From contig OX597828.1 in the NCBI GenBank assembly GCA_951406725.2, positions 66,712,001 to 66,776,000 on the forward strand: DNA of 64,000 bases, in the 5' to 3' direction. The stretch comes from Octopus vulgaris (taxonomy: Eukaryota). A program made the position numbers and the translations under genes. Positions 12,001 through 24,212 of this stretch are shown piece by piece (within the stretch, counting starts at the first letter, position 1; each line of letters opens with the position of its first letter). The notes beneath the pieces are model-generated. The model was not told the DNA's origin and searched no databases. It worked only from the letters and a program-made list of their open reading frames with translations.

Positions 12001-13782
12001 TTCCGCGAAGCCTGTTTTCGGCGTCAACTTTTGGAGGATGATTCACAATGGGGCGCCACTATGGCGGAGAGTGTTTGATTAAAATCTAAAAAAATCAGAT
12101 CGCTTTTCGCTATTCTATTACTATGGTGTGACTTGGCTAATCCCACCTCTTTATGGCTTATCTACAAAGATTATATGTCTGAAGATTTCCTGCATCACGC
12201 TCAATCGCTACATCCATCAATGGAGGTCGGGTACACTGACCTCATTTACAACAGGGCGCTGCTTGAAATCGAAGATACTGTACTTGATATGGGCAGTAGT
12301 GCCTTGCCGGTCTATGGCCTACCTTCAACAAACCAGGAAGGCACAAACACTCTGTCTTCACATTTGCTGCGTGAGACATGTTTTAATGTTGACGAGCTAG
12401 CCAAGTACATAGCCGACAATGAGCCAAAGCTCCTTCCAGAACAGAAGTTCGCTTACAACTCCGTTGTTAATTCAGTCCGGGCCAAAGCTGTGGGGATTCT
12501 TTTCCTGGACACTCCTGGGGGCACTGGGAAAACTTTTGTCAACAAATTAATATTGGCTGAGATTAGGCGAACACAAGGCATTGCCCTAACTGTGGCATCA
12601 TCTGGAATTGCGGCTACTTTGTTGCCAGGCGACAGGACAGCTCACTCTACTTTCAAGCTCCCGCTTGACTTAGCGAAGACTGAGACACCAACTTGCAACA
12701 TCAGTAACAGCTCCAATCAGGCAGAAGTCTTCAGACGATGCAAGCTTATCGTTTGGGATGAATGCACGATGGCCCACAGAGGTGCTCTTGAGGCACTAGA
12801 TAGATCTCTCAGAGACATCAAACAATCTTCAGCTCCCATGGGAGGCATAACACTTCTTCTTTCAGGGGACTTCCGACAAACACTTCCCGTTATTCCCAAA
12901 GGGACTAGAGCTGATGCAGTAAGTGTGTGTCTTAAGTCATCCACATTGTGGCCACTGGTGAAGACTCTCAAACTTCACACCAATATGCGTGCTCATATGC
13001 GACGTGATATCACACCAGCAGCATTTTCTCATACCCTCCTTGCACTTGGCGAAGGCAAAATACCAGGGGATGAAAATGGTAATATTGCCATCGATTCCAT
13101 TTGTACCATTGTTAAAACGCCTTCTGATCTCAGAGATGCAGTGTTCCCAGATATACAAGCTAATTATCAGAATATGGATTGGATTGGCCAAAGGGTTATT
13201 CTGGCCCCGAGGAATAAAACTGTTCACCATATTAATGATGAAATGCTAAAACTCATTCCTGGGGATGTCTATGTATATAAGTCTATCGATACAACTCCTG
13301 ACCCAGAGGACATAATCAATTATCCAATAGAGGTACTCAGTTCCTTTGAGCCCCCCAGACTACCACCACACATTCTCAAACTTAAAGTTGGTGCCCCTAT
13401 AATGCTCATTAGAAATTTGGCTCCCCCAAAACAATGCAATGGCACACGTTTGATCGTTAAGTCCTTATCTCCCAATCTGATTGAGGCCACCATTATCACA
13501 GGGTGCGGTCGAGGCAACGTTCCTAGGATGCATCTTTTCCCATCAGGAGCAGACCTACCTTTCATATTTCGGAGGTCCCAGTTCCCAGTAAGGCCATGTT
13601 TCGCAATGTCAATTAACAAAGCGCAGGGTTAAACACTGTCTGTGGTGGGAATACATTTGGGAGAGCCATGTTTCTCTCATGGTCAGCTTTATGTTGCCTG
13701 CTCGCGTGTCGGCAGCAACAGTGATGCTTTGACATTCGTTCCACAACGAAAAACAAAAAACATTGTGTACAAGGTTTTATAG
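9080..13782 (+). pseudogene. Helitron RepHel transposase (Zn-finger remnant + HUH Rep + Pif1/SF1B helicase), disrupted
   Basis: One reading frame after removing the SINE. Motifs: CNAKKWAGEPPAMCCLNG, PDLFITFTCNPKW, VEWQKRGLPHAHILLW (HUH), KYICKYVNKG (Y2), PGGTGKT, IVWDECTM, GDFRQTLP, FAMSINKAQG, HGQLYVACSRV. In-frame stops at 9389, 10672, 12076 and 13630. Confidence 0.95.
9552..9783 (+). mobile_element. SINE (family B) inserted in RepHel
   Basis: Matches copies at 18000, 19601, 33046 and 60457. GGTA is duplicated on both sides, and removing the SINE restores CCLNG-IVSLP. Confidence 0.9.
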
Positions 13783-15247
13783 GATTACTACGTTTCATCA
13801 TTTTCGAACACGTTAGTATTTCACTTACATACGACTCTCTTTTATGATGGCATTTACATTTTTAGGCGTTTCATGACATTAATTCACATTTAACCAACAC
13901 CTGTCCTTCGCTCACCTCCATTTCTATCCATTCATCATCAAACCACCAGCCTCATCGTCTATATCCAACGTATATGACACATCTACCCCCTACATCTACA
14001 CTCTCACTGTTAAAGTTTACATAAGCGACAACACGATCGCAACATACACTTTGGAAACTAAGCAACAGATCATTTTATACAACAACAAATTTAATCAAAA
14101 CGCCCATCAATGAAAACATCTCCACCCACTGTGTTGTGATTCATCTAACAGCACCACTACAGTCTTGCCGGTCTGACATATGGTGAGTAGATGCTATTGT
14201 TCTATATTTTATAAATTACTTATATTTACTTACCCATGCTTCATTCCCCTCTTGCCTACATAGGGCATCCACTCTCTTTTAACACAGCATCAAGTTTTGT
14301 AACAGCACATCCGCTGCCGTTCATGCAAAACGAAGAGACCCTATTCACCTGCGAACGTTTTACATCGCCTTCCACGACTATCAAATTCTTACAATTATGA
14401 GAACAATAACATGGCTCTTTTCAAGGCAACCTCGCATTCAATTCTTACACCATTCTACGAGGGGGTAGGAACCCCTTTACACGACTTTCTATACACTTAC
14501 AAATACATTCATTCGCCTTAAACTTATATCAATATTTGCCTGAATAATCATCATAATTCAGTGCAATCATTAACAGTACTTTTAAACAATTCAGCCCCGA
14601 GCAACGCCGGGCAATTCTGCTAGTATATATATATATTTATGTTCAACAAAAGAGATTGATAGAATAAGTTCCAGGCTTAAAAAAAAGTACTGGAGGCAAT
14701 TCATTTAACTAAAAATTCTTCAAGGCATTGCCCCAGCATGGCCACAGTCTGATGACTGAAGCAAGTAAAAGATAAAAACACATACACTCATATACATACA
14801 TGCACACACACACACACACCACCACCACCACCACCACCATCATCATTTATAACATTTTCATTTTCACTTTTTCGTTTTCACATGAGATGAACAGAATTCA
14901 TCGGGGCAGGCTTCTCTATGGCCGGTTGCCCTTCCTGTTGTCAATCCTCGCCTACTTCTAAGTAAGGTAATATTTTCCCATTGCCGTTTTCAAGGAAGAT
15001 TGCAAATAGAATACACTGCATATATGATTGAGACGCCCACTTACAACTATTGTACAATGCTAAGATGTACAAGACATACTCACAACTTATACAACAGACT
15101 TCTTTCTGTTTATCAAATTCACTCAAAATGCTTTAGACAGTTTGGGGCAGTAGTAGAAGACACTTGCCCAAAGTGCCATGCAGTGGGACTGAACCTAGAA
15201 CCATGTGGTTGGGGAGCAAATTTCTGAACCACACATCCATGCCTATG

Positions 15248-15580
15248 TATCATCATCATCATCGTTTAACATCCGTTTTCCTTGCTAGCATGGGTTGGAC
15301 GGTTCGACTGGGGTCTGAGAAGCCATGAGGCTGCACCAGGCTGATCTAGCATTGTTTCTACAGCTGGATGCCCTTCCTAATGCCAACCACTCCTTGAGTG
15401 TAGTGGGTGCTTATTACGTGCTACTGGCACAGGTGCCAGGGGAGGCTGGCAATGGCCACGATCGGTTGGTGCTTTTTACGTGCCACCGGCACGGAAGCTA
15501 GTCAAGGCAGCACTGATGTCGGCCACGTTTGGGTGGTGCTTTTTAAGTGTCACCGGCACAGGTATCACAACTACAATTTC
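15248..15580 (-). mobile_element. SINE/non-autonomous RTE-related repeat (family C, (GAT)n tail)
   Basis: Shares GGAAGGGCATCCAGCTGTAGAAA and GACGTTAAACGATGATG with copies at ~20131, 28573, 33300, 40118, 54165, 58075, 59375, 61160 and 63460. Confidence 0.8.
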
Positions 15581-15629
15581 TATTTGAATTTTATTTTGAT
15601 GTACTTGACTCAATAGGTCTCCTATTATA

Positions 15630-15653
15630 TCTCTCTATATATAAATGGCAAAA

Positions 15654-15688
<35 letters not shown>

Positions 15689-15720
15689 CCTTTATACAAA
15701 TCTACAATTTTTCAGTTAGA
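15630..15720 (+). mobile_element. 5' fragment of a small non-autonomous Helitron
   Basis: A|TCTCTCTATATATAAATGGCAAAATGTCTGT matches the 5' end of the complete copy at 18531-18886. Confidence 0.7.
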
Positions 15721-15881
15721 ACTTAAGAAAATGACTAGAATGAATTTGAACTCAAAGTTTATGAGTTGGTCATAATACCATATCCACTTGGCCATTTTCC
15801 TTTTATATTGAATTAATGTGGAAATTTATCTAACTCTAATCTGAGACTAAAATAAACACTGTAAACCTTTCATTGCTACTC

Positions 15882-15912
<31 letters not shown>

Positions 15913-16340
15913 GTGTGTGTGCTTGTGTGTGTTTGCTTTAAGATCTTCACCCAAAAGCCACAGTTTGTCGCTGTCAAGGAGATATAAAACAAAATTTTGC
16001 ATTGTCTGTGAACTACATCACTGATACCCAGCAGGTAAATTCATATGACATTTTTAAATGCCCTTCAGAAAACCATGAGCATTATAGACCCACTTGATCT
16101 TTCATCATTTTTGAGCAAGGACACAAAACTGGAATACTGATTTTCTGACAGCAACTATCTCTCATCATTCAAAAAAGACATACCTAACCATAGGCTCCAA
16201 ATGTCATTAAATATAACAGTGACCAGATATTCTAGATAAGAAAATTTCCAACTGCAAATCATGTCATGTCTAGACGAGTTTTAGAGCTCAATAGTGGAAA
16301 TTACTTTAAAAAAGACGACCCCCCCCCCCCGAAAACTTCT

Positions 16341-16757
16341 AGGAGTGGCTGTGTGGTAAGTAGCTTGCTTACGAACCACATGGTTCCGGGTTCAGTCCCA
16401 CTGCATGGCACCTTGGGCAAGTGTCTTCTACTATAGTCTCGGGCCGACCAAAGCCTTGTGAGTGAATTTGGTAGACGGAAACTGAAAGAAGCCCGTTGTA
16501 TATATGTAAATATATATACGTATGTGTATGTATATGTTTGTGTGTCTGTCTTTGTCCCTACCCCAACATCGCTTGACAACCAATGCTGGTGTGTCTACGT
16601 CCCCGTAACTTAGCGGTCCGGCAAAAGTGACCGATAGAATAAGTACTAGGCTTACAAAGAATAAGTCCTTAGGTCGATTTCCTTGACTAAAGGTGGGTGC
16701 TCCACCATGGCCACACTCAAATGACTGAAACAAGTAAAAGAGTAAAAGAGAGTAAAG
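16341..16757 (+). mobile_element. tRNA-derived SINE (family A), full length
   Basis: A/B-box-like head (TGGCTGTGTGG...GGTTCAGTCC), internal microsatellite and GTAAAAGA-repeat tail. Many copies in the window. Confidence 0.85.
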
Positions 16758-17999
16758 AACACAGTTAGCAGAGGAATTATTTATCGAAATTTCAGTCCTT
16801 GTAACTGTAACTTATAAGAACCATATTTGCACTCAAACGATATACAAAGACAGTGCTGTAGTAGTAATAATAAATTATAGACAGCTACTTCAGAGATTAC
16901 AATGTATTTCTTAGGGGTTTCTCCCCCCTGAGAAGTGTAAAACAACTTCAGTGTTGTTCCACTCATGCTACAATCTGTCAGACTGTGGCATAAAGATATT
17001 TTATTCATCCAAACCCACTTGAAAGTTGCACAGACACATATATATAATGCTAGTTATAGTTTCTCGAGTACAGTAGCTTAAGCAGGAGCCTTAGTTATTG
17101 TGTCTGAAGTGCATAGTTATGGTATGCATAGAATAAGTATAAAAATTATTGATATTTGGCCATGTTCGAATCAGTGTTGTAAAGTAAAAATTAATAAAAC
17201 TGCCTTGTAATGTGTACATGAGTGTGTATGTGAATTTTGGAAGACATAAATAAATGAGGTAGGCTGGACGTTAACATGAAATTCAGCTGATGAAACTGAC
17301 AAGAAGTGACAATGAGGCAGAGTTAATCAGGGTTGTCATTAGGGGAGTGTTTGTTGTTCATTGTAATGTGGGTGTATGCTGAAATGCTAGTATTGGGAAT
17401 TAAGGGATTTCATTAAAGTGGAAAATTATAGTGTGAAAGTAGGGACCTAACAACAGATAAGGATCTACAACAAGTAACAAATAGAGTTTGTTATTGTGCG
17501 TGTGTGTGTGTGTGTGAACTAATATGCATTTGTATATATGTGAGATTATGGAATGTGTTCACATTTACAAGTGACACATTATTCTGCATGTCTAAGCTTG
17601 TCTGGTCGTTGACAAATTTAATTTCCTGGTTCATAAATGAGTGATTAATTGTAGGCGTGACAACCAAGTGTATAAAAATGTTCTCCAGACTGAAAATGAA
17701 CAAATTTATAAATGACAAATTGTAAAGTTGAAAAGAGAGAGTAAAGTAGACTGTTGTTCATTTGATTCGTATTAACCGGGATTAAGAAAATCGTCCATGA
17801 AAGAGATTCCAGCTGTAGTTGTTGTCTTTGTAAGGCTATCTATGACTACATTAGAAGGTGTGTAGCTTAGTGGTTAGGGTACTCAACTCATGATCACAAG
17901 GTCATGAGTTCAATATTTGGTGGTGCAGTGCATCCTTAAGCAAGATACTTTATTTCATGTTGCACCAGTCTACTCAGCTTGCAAAAGTAAGTTGTACCT

Positions 18000-18233
18000 A
18001 TTTCTTTATTACCCACAAGGGGCTAAACATAGAGGGGACAAACAAGGACAGACATAGGTATTAAGTTGATTACATCGATCCCAGTGCGTAACTGGTACTT
18101 AATTTATCGACCCCTAAAGGATAAAAGGCAAAGTCGACCTTGGTGGAATTTGAACTTACAACGTAACGGCAGACGAAATACAGCTACGCATTTCGCCTGG
18201 TGTGCTAACGTTTCTGCCAGCTCACCACCTTTG
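18000..18233 (-). mobile_element. SINE family B nested in an older SINE
   Basis: 19-bp TSD GCAAAAGTAAGTTGTACCT (17981-17999 / 18234-18252). Confidence 0.88.
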
Positions 18234-18530
18234 GCAAAAGTAAGTTGTACCTGTGATTCAAAGGGTCAGCCTTGTCACATCCTGTTTTCAGATAATCAAA
18301 CTCTCTGTTTGTTAATGGCATATCAATTTTGGAGGAGTTGGTACCAACAGCTATCAAGCTATTGGTCTATACTCTCAGGACAAAGAGACAACTTCAAGAA
18401 TTTATCTTCTATGTCATTTACTCTACCCCTATTCATCTTTGTTGTTCACATACATGCCACTGATCCTTCAGGTATTTCTCTCATCTCATTTTCATCTCAT
18501 ATACTCAATGACAACCATTTTCATCTCATA

Positions 18531-18886
18531 CTAGCACTATGACTCGGCAATGCTGGGTCATAGTGCTAGTGCATGCATATACAGCTGCGTGCGCGCGCAC
18601 ATACATGCGAGTACTGTCCAAATCTCTGACCAATCACATACAGCTAGCTGGCATTCAATTGGCGTATCAAGTTTCAGGCATTTTGATTGGGTTATGGATA
18701 GAAAATTGATTTTTTAATGGCTTTGGGGGGTGACTGGGGAAATGTAAAGATGTGCACGACCACCTTGGACAGTTTTGAATGACCATAGTAAGTGTGAGCC
18801 CTCTAACTGAAAAATTGTAGATTTGTATAAAGGACACGCACACACACACACACAGACAGACATTTTGCCGTTTATATATAGAGAGA
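18531..18886 (-). mobile_element. Complete 356-bp non-autonomous Helitron
   Basis: Minus strand reads A|TCTCTCTATATATAAACGGC...hairpin...CTAG|T. AT target and no TSD. Confidence 0.85.
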
Positions 18887-19420
18887 TTTAATGTTAATCA
18901 CATTTGGCTGAACCAGCAAAGCATTGATCTCCTAGTCAAAGGCCTGCTTGTGTTGTTGTAGTATATCATATATCTGCTCAATGGAGCACGAGTCTGTCTT
19001 GCTAATCAGCTATAAAATAGGTGTACTAAAACTGTTAGCAATCACTGGCATGATTATAAGCCAGAAGGTTGTTGCCATATTGGAGCATATTTCAATTAAA
19101 CATTGAGATTCAGGGAAAGGAAAGTAGATTCACAACCAACTGCAGTAACACCACAACCAGAACCACCTCTGGCTCATAGTGTGGTGTTAAGTTCTTATGA
19201 AATAGTTGTCTAGGGAGAGCTCAGTGTTGTTTAATAATGAAATAGTACCTGTGATATTAACATAATTATCATTTCATATAAAATTCTATTTTTAAAATTA
19301 TTTGACCTTAAAGCTATTTAAGATATTTTGATGACAGCAATAATACTAAAATCCAAAGTACACAATTTAATTGGAAATACTGAACACTGTCTTGCCTGTT
19401 GCTTCTGTTTAATTGTTTAG

Positions 19421-19540
19421 AATTTTATGATAAGCGAATGTATAATTTTAGTGCAGGTAAAGTGTTGGATCAAGCTTTGCTTCAGCTATTGTGTTGTGTC
19501 TTCATAGCTGAAATATTTGTCATTCTGTTTGTAATTAGTT
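19421..19540 (+). CDS. Candidate 5' coding exon of GBA (donor after 19456 or 19540)
   Basis: Good acceptor (TTGTTTAG) and ATG at 19438. Both donors are phase 1, matching the exon at 27280. The long form encodes a hydrophobic stretch. No homology support. Confidence 0.35.
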
Positions 19541-19600
19541 GTAGGAAGAGCACATAGCTGTACCAGTGGTTTTCCTTGGCAAGCCATATATAAATACTTA

Positions 19601-19829
19601 TTTCTTTACTACCCACAAGGGGCTACACACAGAGGGGACAAACAAGGACAGACAAACGAATTAAGTCGATTACATGGACCCCAGTGCGTAACTGGTACTT
19701 ATTTAATTGACCCCGAAAGGATGAAAGGCAAAGTCGACCTCGGCGGAATTTGAACTCAGAACGTAATGGCAGACGAAATATGGCTACGCATTTCGCCCGG
19801 CGTGCTAACGTTTCTGCCAGCTCACCACC
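19601..19829 (-). mobile_element. SINE family B
   Basis: ~16-bp TSD CATATATAAATACTTA. Confidence 0.88.
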
Positions 19830-21320
19830 CATATATAAATACTTATTGCTTTGTTATCCTTGTAAAAACCATTTGAAACATTATGCAAGTAATGGAAAGG
19901 AATTACTTTACCAATCATCTGTACCATAGCCCCACACTCGCTCCTGAGCCACTCCTATATATATGACCATCACTTGCTACATGCCTCTTTACTCCTATAT
20001 TTCTCATCCCTGTGATCCACTGTATCTTGAGATGCTCCAGCATCCCTGCCACCACCACCACACGGGCTTCTTTCCACCTACTCCTGCCCTTCGTTACTGT
20101 ATTTATTTTGAGATGCTCTGTGTTTCTTTGCCTTACTGGCACCTGTGCCGTTGGCATGTGTAAAAGGATTCGAGCGAGGTTGTTGCCAGTACCACCACAC
20201 TGGCCCCTGTGCCAGTGGCACATAAAAAGCACCCGCTACACTCTTGGAGTGGTTGGCATTAGGAAGGGCATCCAGCTGTAGAAACTCTGCCAAATCAAGA
20301 TTGAAGCCTGGTGCAGCCATCTGGTTCGCCAGACCTCAGTCATTCGTCCAACCCATCCATGCTAGCATGGAAAGCAGACGTTAAACGATGATGATGATGA
20401 TGTATATATGTATATATATATATGTGTGTGTGTGTGTGTATGTATATATATGTGTGTATGTATGTTTGTATACACACACACATATGTGTGCGTGTGCGTG
20501 CGTGCGTGCACCCCCAGTCCCACTCCCACATTTTTGTCCTTGTGCTAAGAAGATGAGAAAGTACATGTAGTCCTTTGGAACTTCAGAAAATGTTTTTGTA
20601 TTTGTGTGATAAAATGACTGAGAATGAATCAAATATTTCTTAATGAAGAGAGAGAGAGACAGAGAGAGAGAGAAAGAGAGAGAGAGAAAGAGAGAGAGAG
20701 AGAGGGGGAAAGAGAGGAGACGTAATAAAAATATCTTTTGTGATGATGTTAAGGTTAAATATATCAGGTCTTTTTTTATATTGTGAAGTTTGTGAATAGA
20801 TGATTGACATTAGCAATAAATACATGTCTGGTTTGTTTAAGTCTCAAGATTACATACAGCTATAAATAAGCATGCCTGGTTCTATTTGTTATTGTTATTC
20901 TTGTTGTTTTACTCCAAGTCAACCATGATCCATTAGACTATGATTATAAGCATTCTGGCCTTGACCATACCACCATTTAAGTGGGGGGACCTGGGACTAT
21001 ATTATATAATACGTTCTTCCCATATTAAGATAGCGAAGTGTGATTTGAGGTAAGAAGTGGGTGGTATATTGGCTGCTGTTTCTAGCAGGCTGAACTGAAT
21101 GACTTCATAGAGGCTACTGCATTGGCTGTGTATGTGTGATGTAAAGTATTGTGTGTGTGTTATTTTGTCGCTTTCAGACGGATGAAATATAAATTAGATC
21201 CTGGTAGGGTTTGAATTCCGATCATAGACAGATGAAACTATTTAGTCTCATGCTCTACCAGTTCAGCCGACTCAACAATTTGACTTCTATCCTTTCTTTT
21301 TTTACTGTTTTATTTCTTTT

Positions 21321-21702
21321 CTTTTATTTGTTTCAGTCATTTTGACTGCGGCCATGCTGGAGCACCACCTTTAGTCGAGCAGATCGACCCAGGACTTATT
21401 CTTTGTAAGCCTAGTACTTATTCTATCGGTCTCTCTTGCCGAACCGCTAAGTGATGGGGACGTAAACACACCAGCATTGGTTGTCAAGCGATGTGGGGGG
21501 GGGGGGGGCAAACGCAGACACACAAATACACACACACACGACGGGCTTCTTTCAGTTTCCATCTACCAAATCCACTCACAAGGCTTTGGTCGGCCCGTGG
21601 CTATAGTAGAAGACACTTGCCAAAGGTGCCACACAGTGGGACTGAACCCAGAACCATGTTGTTGGTAAGCAAGCTACTTACCACACAGCCACTCCTGCGC
21701 CT
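21321..21702 (-). mobile_element. SINE family A, full length
   Basis: Reverse complement of the 16341 and 57487 copies. Confidence 0.85.
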
Positions 21703-21716
21703 GAAAATTTATTGCT

Positions 21717-21787
21717 TGCATCGGCTGGGAATCGAACCTGGGCCGCCTGTGTGGTAGGCAAGCATTCTAACACTGAACCACCGACGC
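21717..21787 (-). pseudogene. tRNA-Gly-derived pseudogene (GCC family, anticodon now ACC)
   Basis: 71 nt, GCGTCGGTGGTTCAGTGTTAGAATGCTTGCCTACCACACAGGCGGCCCAGGTTCGATTCCCAGCCGATGCA, about 8 changes from the invertebrate tRNA-Gly(GCC) sequence as recalled. T-stem has mismatches. A T4 tract lies ~10 nt downstream. Confidence 0.85.
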
Positions 21788-21839
21788 TTAATAATAATAA
21801 TAATGATTTCAGGCCTTGTGCCTATAGTAGAAAAGAATG

Positions 21840-21884
<45 letters not shown>

Positions 21885-22260
21885 GTTTCGAATTTTGGTA
21901 CAAGGCCAGCAATTTTGGGGGAAGGGGTAAGTCAATTACATTGACACCCAGTGCTTAACTGGTACTTAATTTATTGATCCTGGCATGCTAACAATTCTGC
22001 CAGCTCACCACCTTAATAATAATAATATTGTTTTCTTTACTAACCACTAAGGGTTCACAAAAAAAAAAAACATTGTGAATCCTAAGTGGTTAATAAAGAA
22101 AGCAAGTGTGGCTGTGTGGTAAGAAGCTTGATTCCCAACCACATGGTTCTGGGTTCAGTCCCACTGCATGACACCTTGGGCAAGTGTCTTCTACTGTAGC
22201 CTCAGGCTGACCCAAAGCCTTGTGAGTGAATTTGGTAGATGGAAATTGAAAGCAGCCTGT

Positions 22261-22304
<44 letters not shown>

Positions 22305-22309
<5 letters not shown>

Positions 22310-22722
22310 AAAAAAGGAAGTTCGAAAATGCTGCTGTATTATACAATTTTTAATTTTTATATATACATTATAACATGTTTCAGTTCCTGAAATGAACCTT
22401 ATCAAAAAAAGTTATATATAAAAAAAGACAGCTCATGCCGTCAAACACAAGAAATTCATTTATAATACACAACGGAGTCAGACATCTTAGAGTTCATGTA
22501 TAGTTGATATATAGTTCATGTATAGTTGATATATAGTTTGAAGTATATGTTCAAAGTGTTCGATGCTGTGGCCCACGGTGGCGATACTTATTCAATACAA
22601 AAAACAGATCAAAGTGGTGGAAAGCGGTCAATACAGAAGATTGATGTTTCCGAAAGAGCGAGGAATTCATTTTTACCTTAAGCAATTGTGGTGACCCATG
22701 GTGGAAGTTCGCTGGGTGGTTC
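22305..22722 (-). mobile_element. Penelope-like insert in the TA tract of a family A SINE, with degenerate hammerhead (22371-22406)
   Basis: Splits the SINE head (22105-22262) from its tail (22775-22985). Minus strand reads TTGATAA-GGTTC-ATTTCAG-GAACT-GAAACATGTTA. Confidence 0.45.
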
Positions 22723-24212
22723 TATATATATGTACATACATACGTACATACATATATATGTATGTGTGTGTATATGTTTGTAAGTGTGTCCCCAACATCG
22801 CTTGACAACCAATGCTGGTGTGTTTATGTCCCCGTAACTTAGCGCTTCAACAAAAGAGACCTATAGAATAAGTACTAGGCTTACAAAGAATAAGTCCTGG
22901 GGTCGATTTGCTCGACTAAAGGTGGTGCTCCAGCATGGCTGCAGTCAAAATGACTGAAACAATTAAAAGAGTAAAAAGAGTAAAGAGTATCCAAAAATTT
23001 CAATCCACCGATTTCCCAAGAGGGAGAGTCATTTGTTAATTGCTTGGATAATATTTGTTGATAGATGTTTTCCAACTCAAAACCCTTTAGTGTTTATATT
23101 TACTCTGCCAAACACTTCATTAGGCTCTGTTAATGGCAATTGCTATGTTTGTATCTTATTTCAATAATATGCTTGTCAGTAAATCCTCTCTTGATTTTTC
23201 TCTCTACTGACCAAACTGCTTCCCTTTCCCTAGACTCTGCTGTATATTGTACACACTTCTCTACTATGTTTTATATTTGGAGAATAGGATGAACCTTGAT
23301 CCCCTTTTGTGGGTGGTTAGTTCAGTTCATGTTTTCAGCCAAGTAGACAACCCCCCACAGAAAATGCTTGTCTCTTTCTAATCTCCACTCCTTTTCCTTT
23401 GTGTTTCTTTACTTCTGTTCACCTGTTGACTTCCATCAGTGAAGCAGTTAATTATATTCTTCCCTTATTTGAATTTGAAGGTCAAACTGACATTTAAAAA
23501 GGAAAAAACTAATACAAATTAGCGAAATAAAAGAATAATAAAAAAAAAAATCAAAATACCTAAAAATTTCATGTCTCTACCTGTGAAGTTATTTCATGTA
23601 TTTCTTAAATACACAAGCCTCATAGAAGCATTGATAAAACTACCCAGTAGTTTATGACAGTCACAAACATTTTAAACAATAAAATCTTGTCTAGATATTA
23701 TTAAATCTAAATTTAGACAGCTGGAAGCTGTCATATCTGTTTGCATAGTTAGATTTAAAGTTGACTACCTGAGGTCCTATCCCTTGAAGAATTCTTTAAT
23801 TATTAAATTAATTTTCGTAAAATATTGCACACCTTTTGAGGATACACACATGCATGCATGTGTGCGCACACACACACTCACATTCAGTCACTCACTCCCT
23901 CCCTCTCTGTAGCAAATTCCTAAACTCTCATGAAAACAATTTTGTCTCTAAAAATACATTTTTGTATTTCCATTTTAACTGGTCTATTTAAACTTTTTTT
24001 TAAGACAGTCCTTGAGATTGAAGCAGACACATGATTGGTCAAAACATCAAATAAATGGTTGAATGAAAAAGACAAAAAAAAAAAATAGATGAAAGGAAAA
24101 GTAAAAGGTGGAGAGGAAATATAGTTTCTTTATTAATACCTGGTGAATCATAATGTTGGATTATAATACCATTAACTTCACCGCCACTACCACTACCAAC
24201 AGCAACAACAAG

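Larger units (their letters stand above)
7132..14623 (+). mobile_element. Full-length (formerly autonomous) Helitron
   Basis: 5' TCTTATGATAAAAGGCAG; 3' hairpin at 14594-14612 and CTAG (14620-14623) followed by T. Contains RepHel. Confidence 0.92.

Noticed and set aside
9389-13632. RepHel stops rescued by A-to-I editing (stop to Trp)
   Set aside because: Context implies Arg (CGA>TGA) and Gln (CAA>TAA in the KAQGQT motif) rather than Trp. The SINE insertion also breaks the ORF.
14110-14410. Possible spliced mini-gene (GTGAGT..TAG intron, CRSC motif) in the Helitron 3' region
   Set aside because: No open frame across the putative junction and no recognisable domain.
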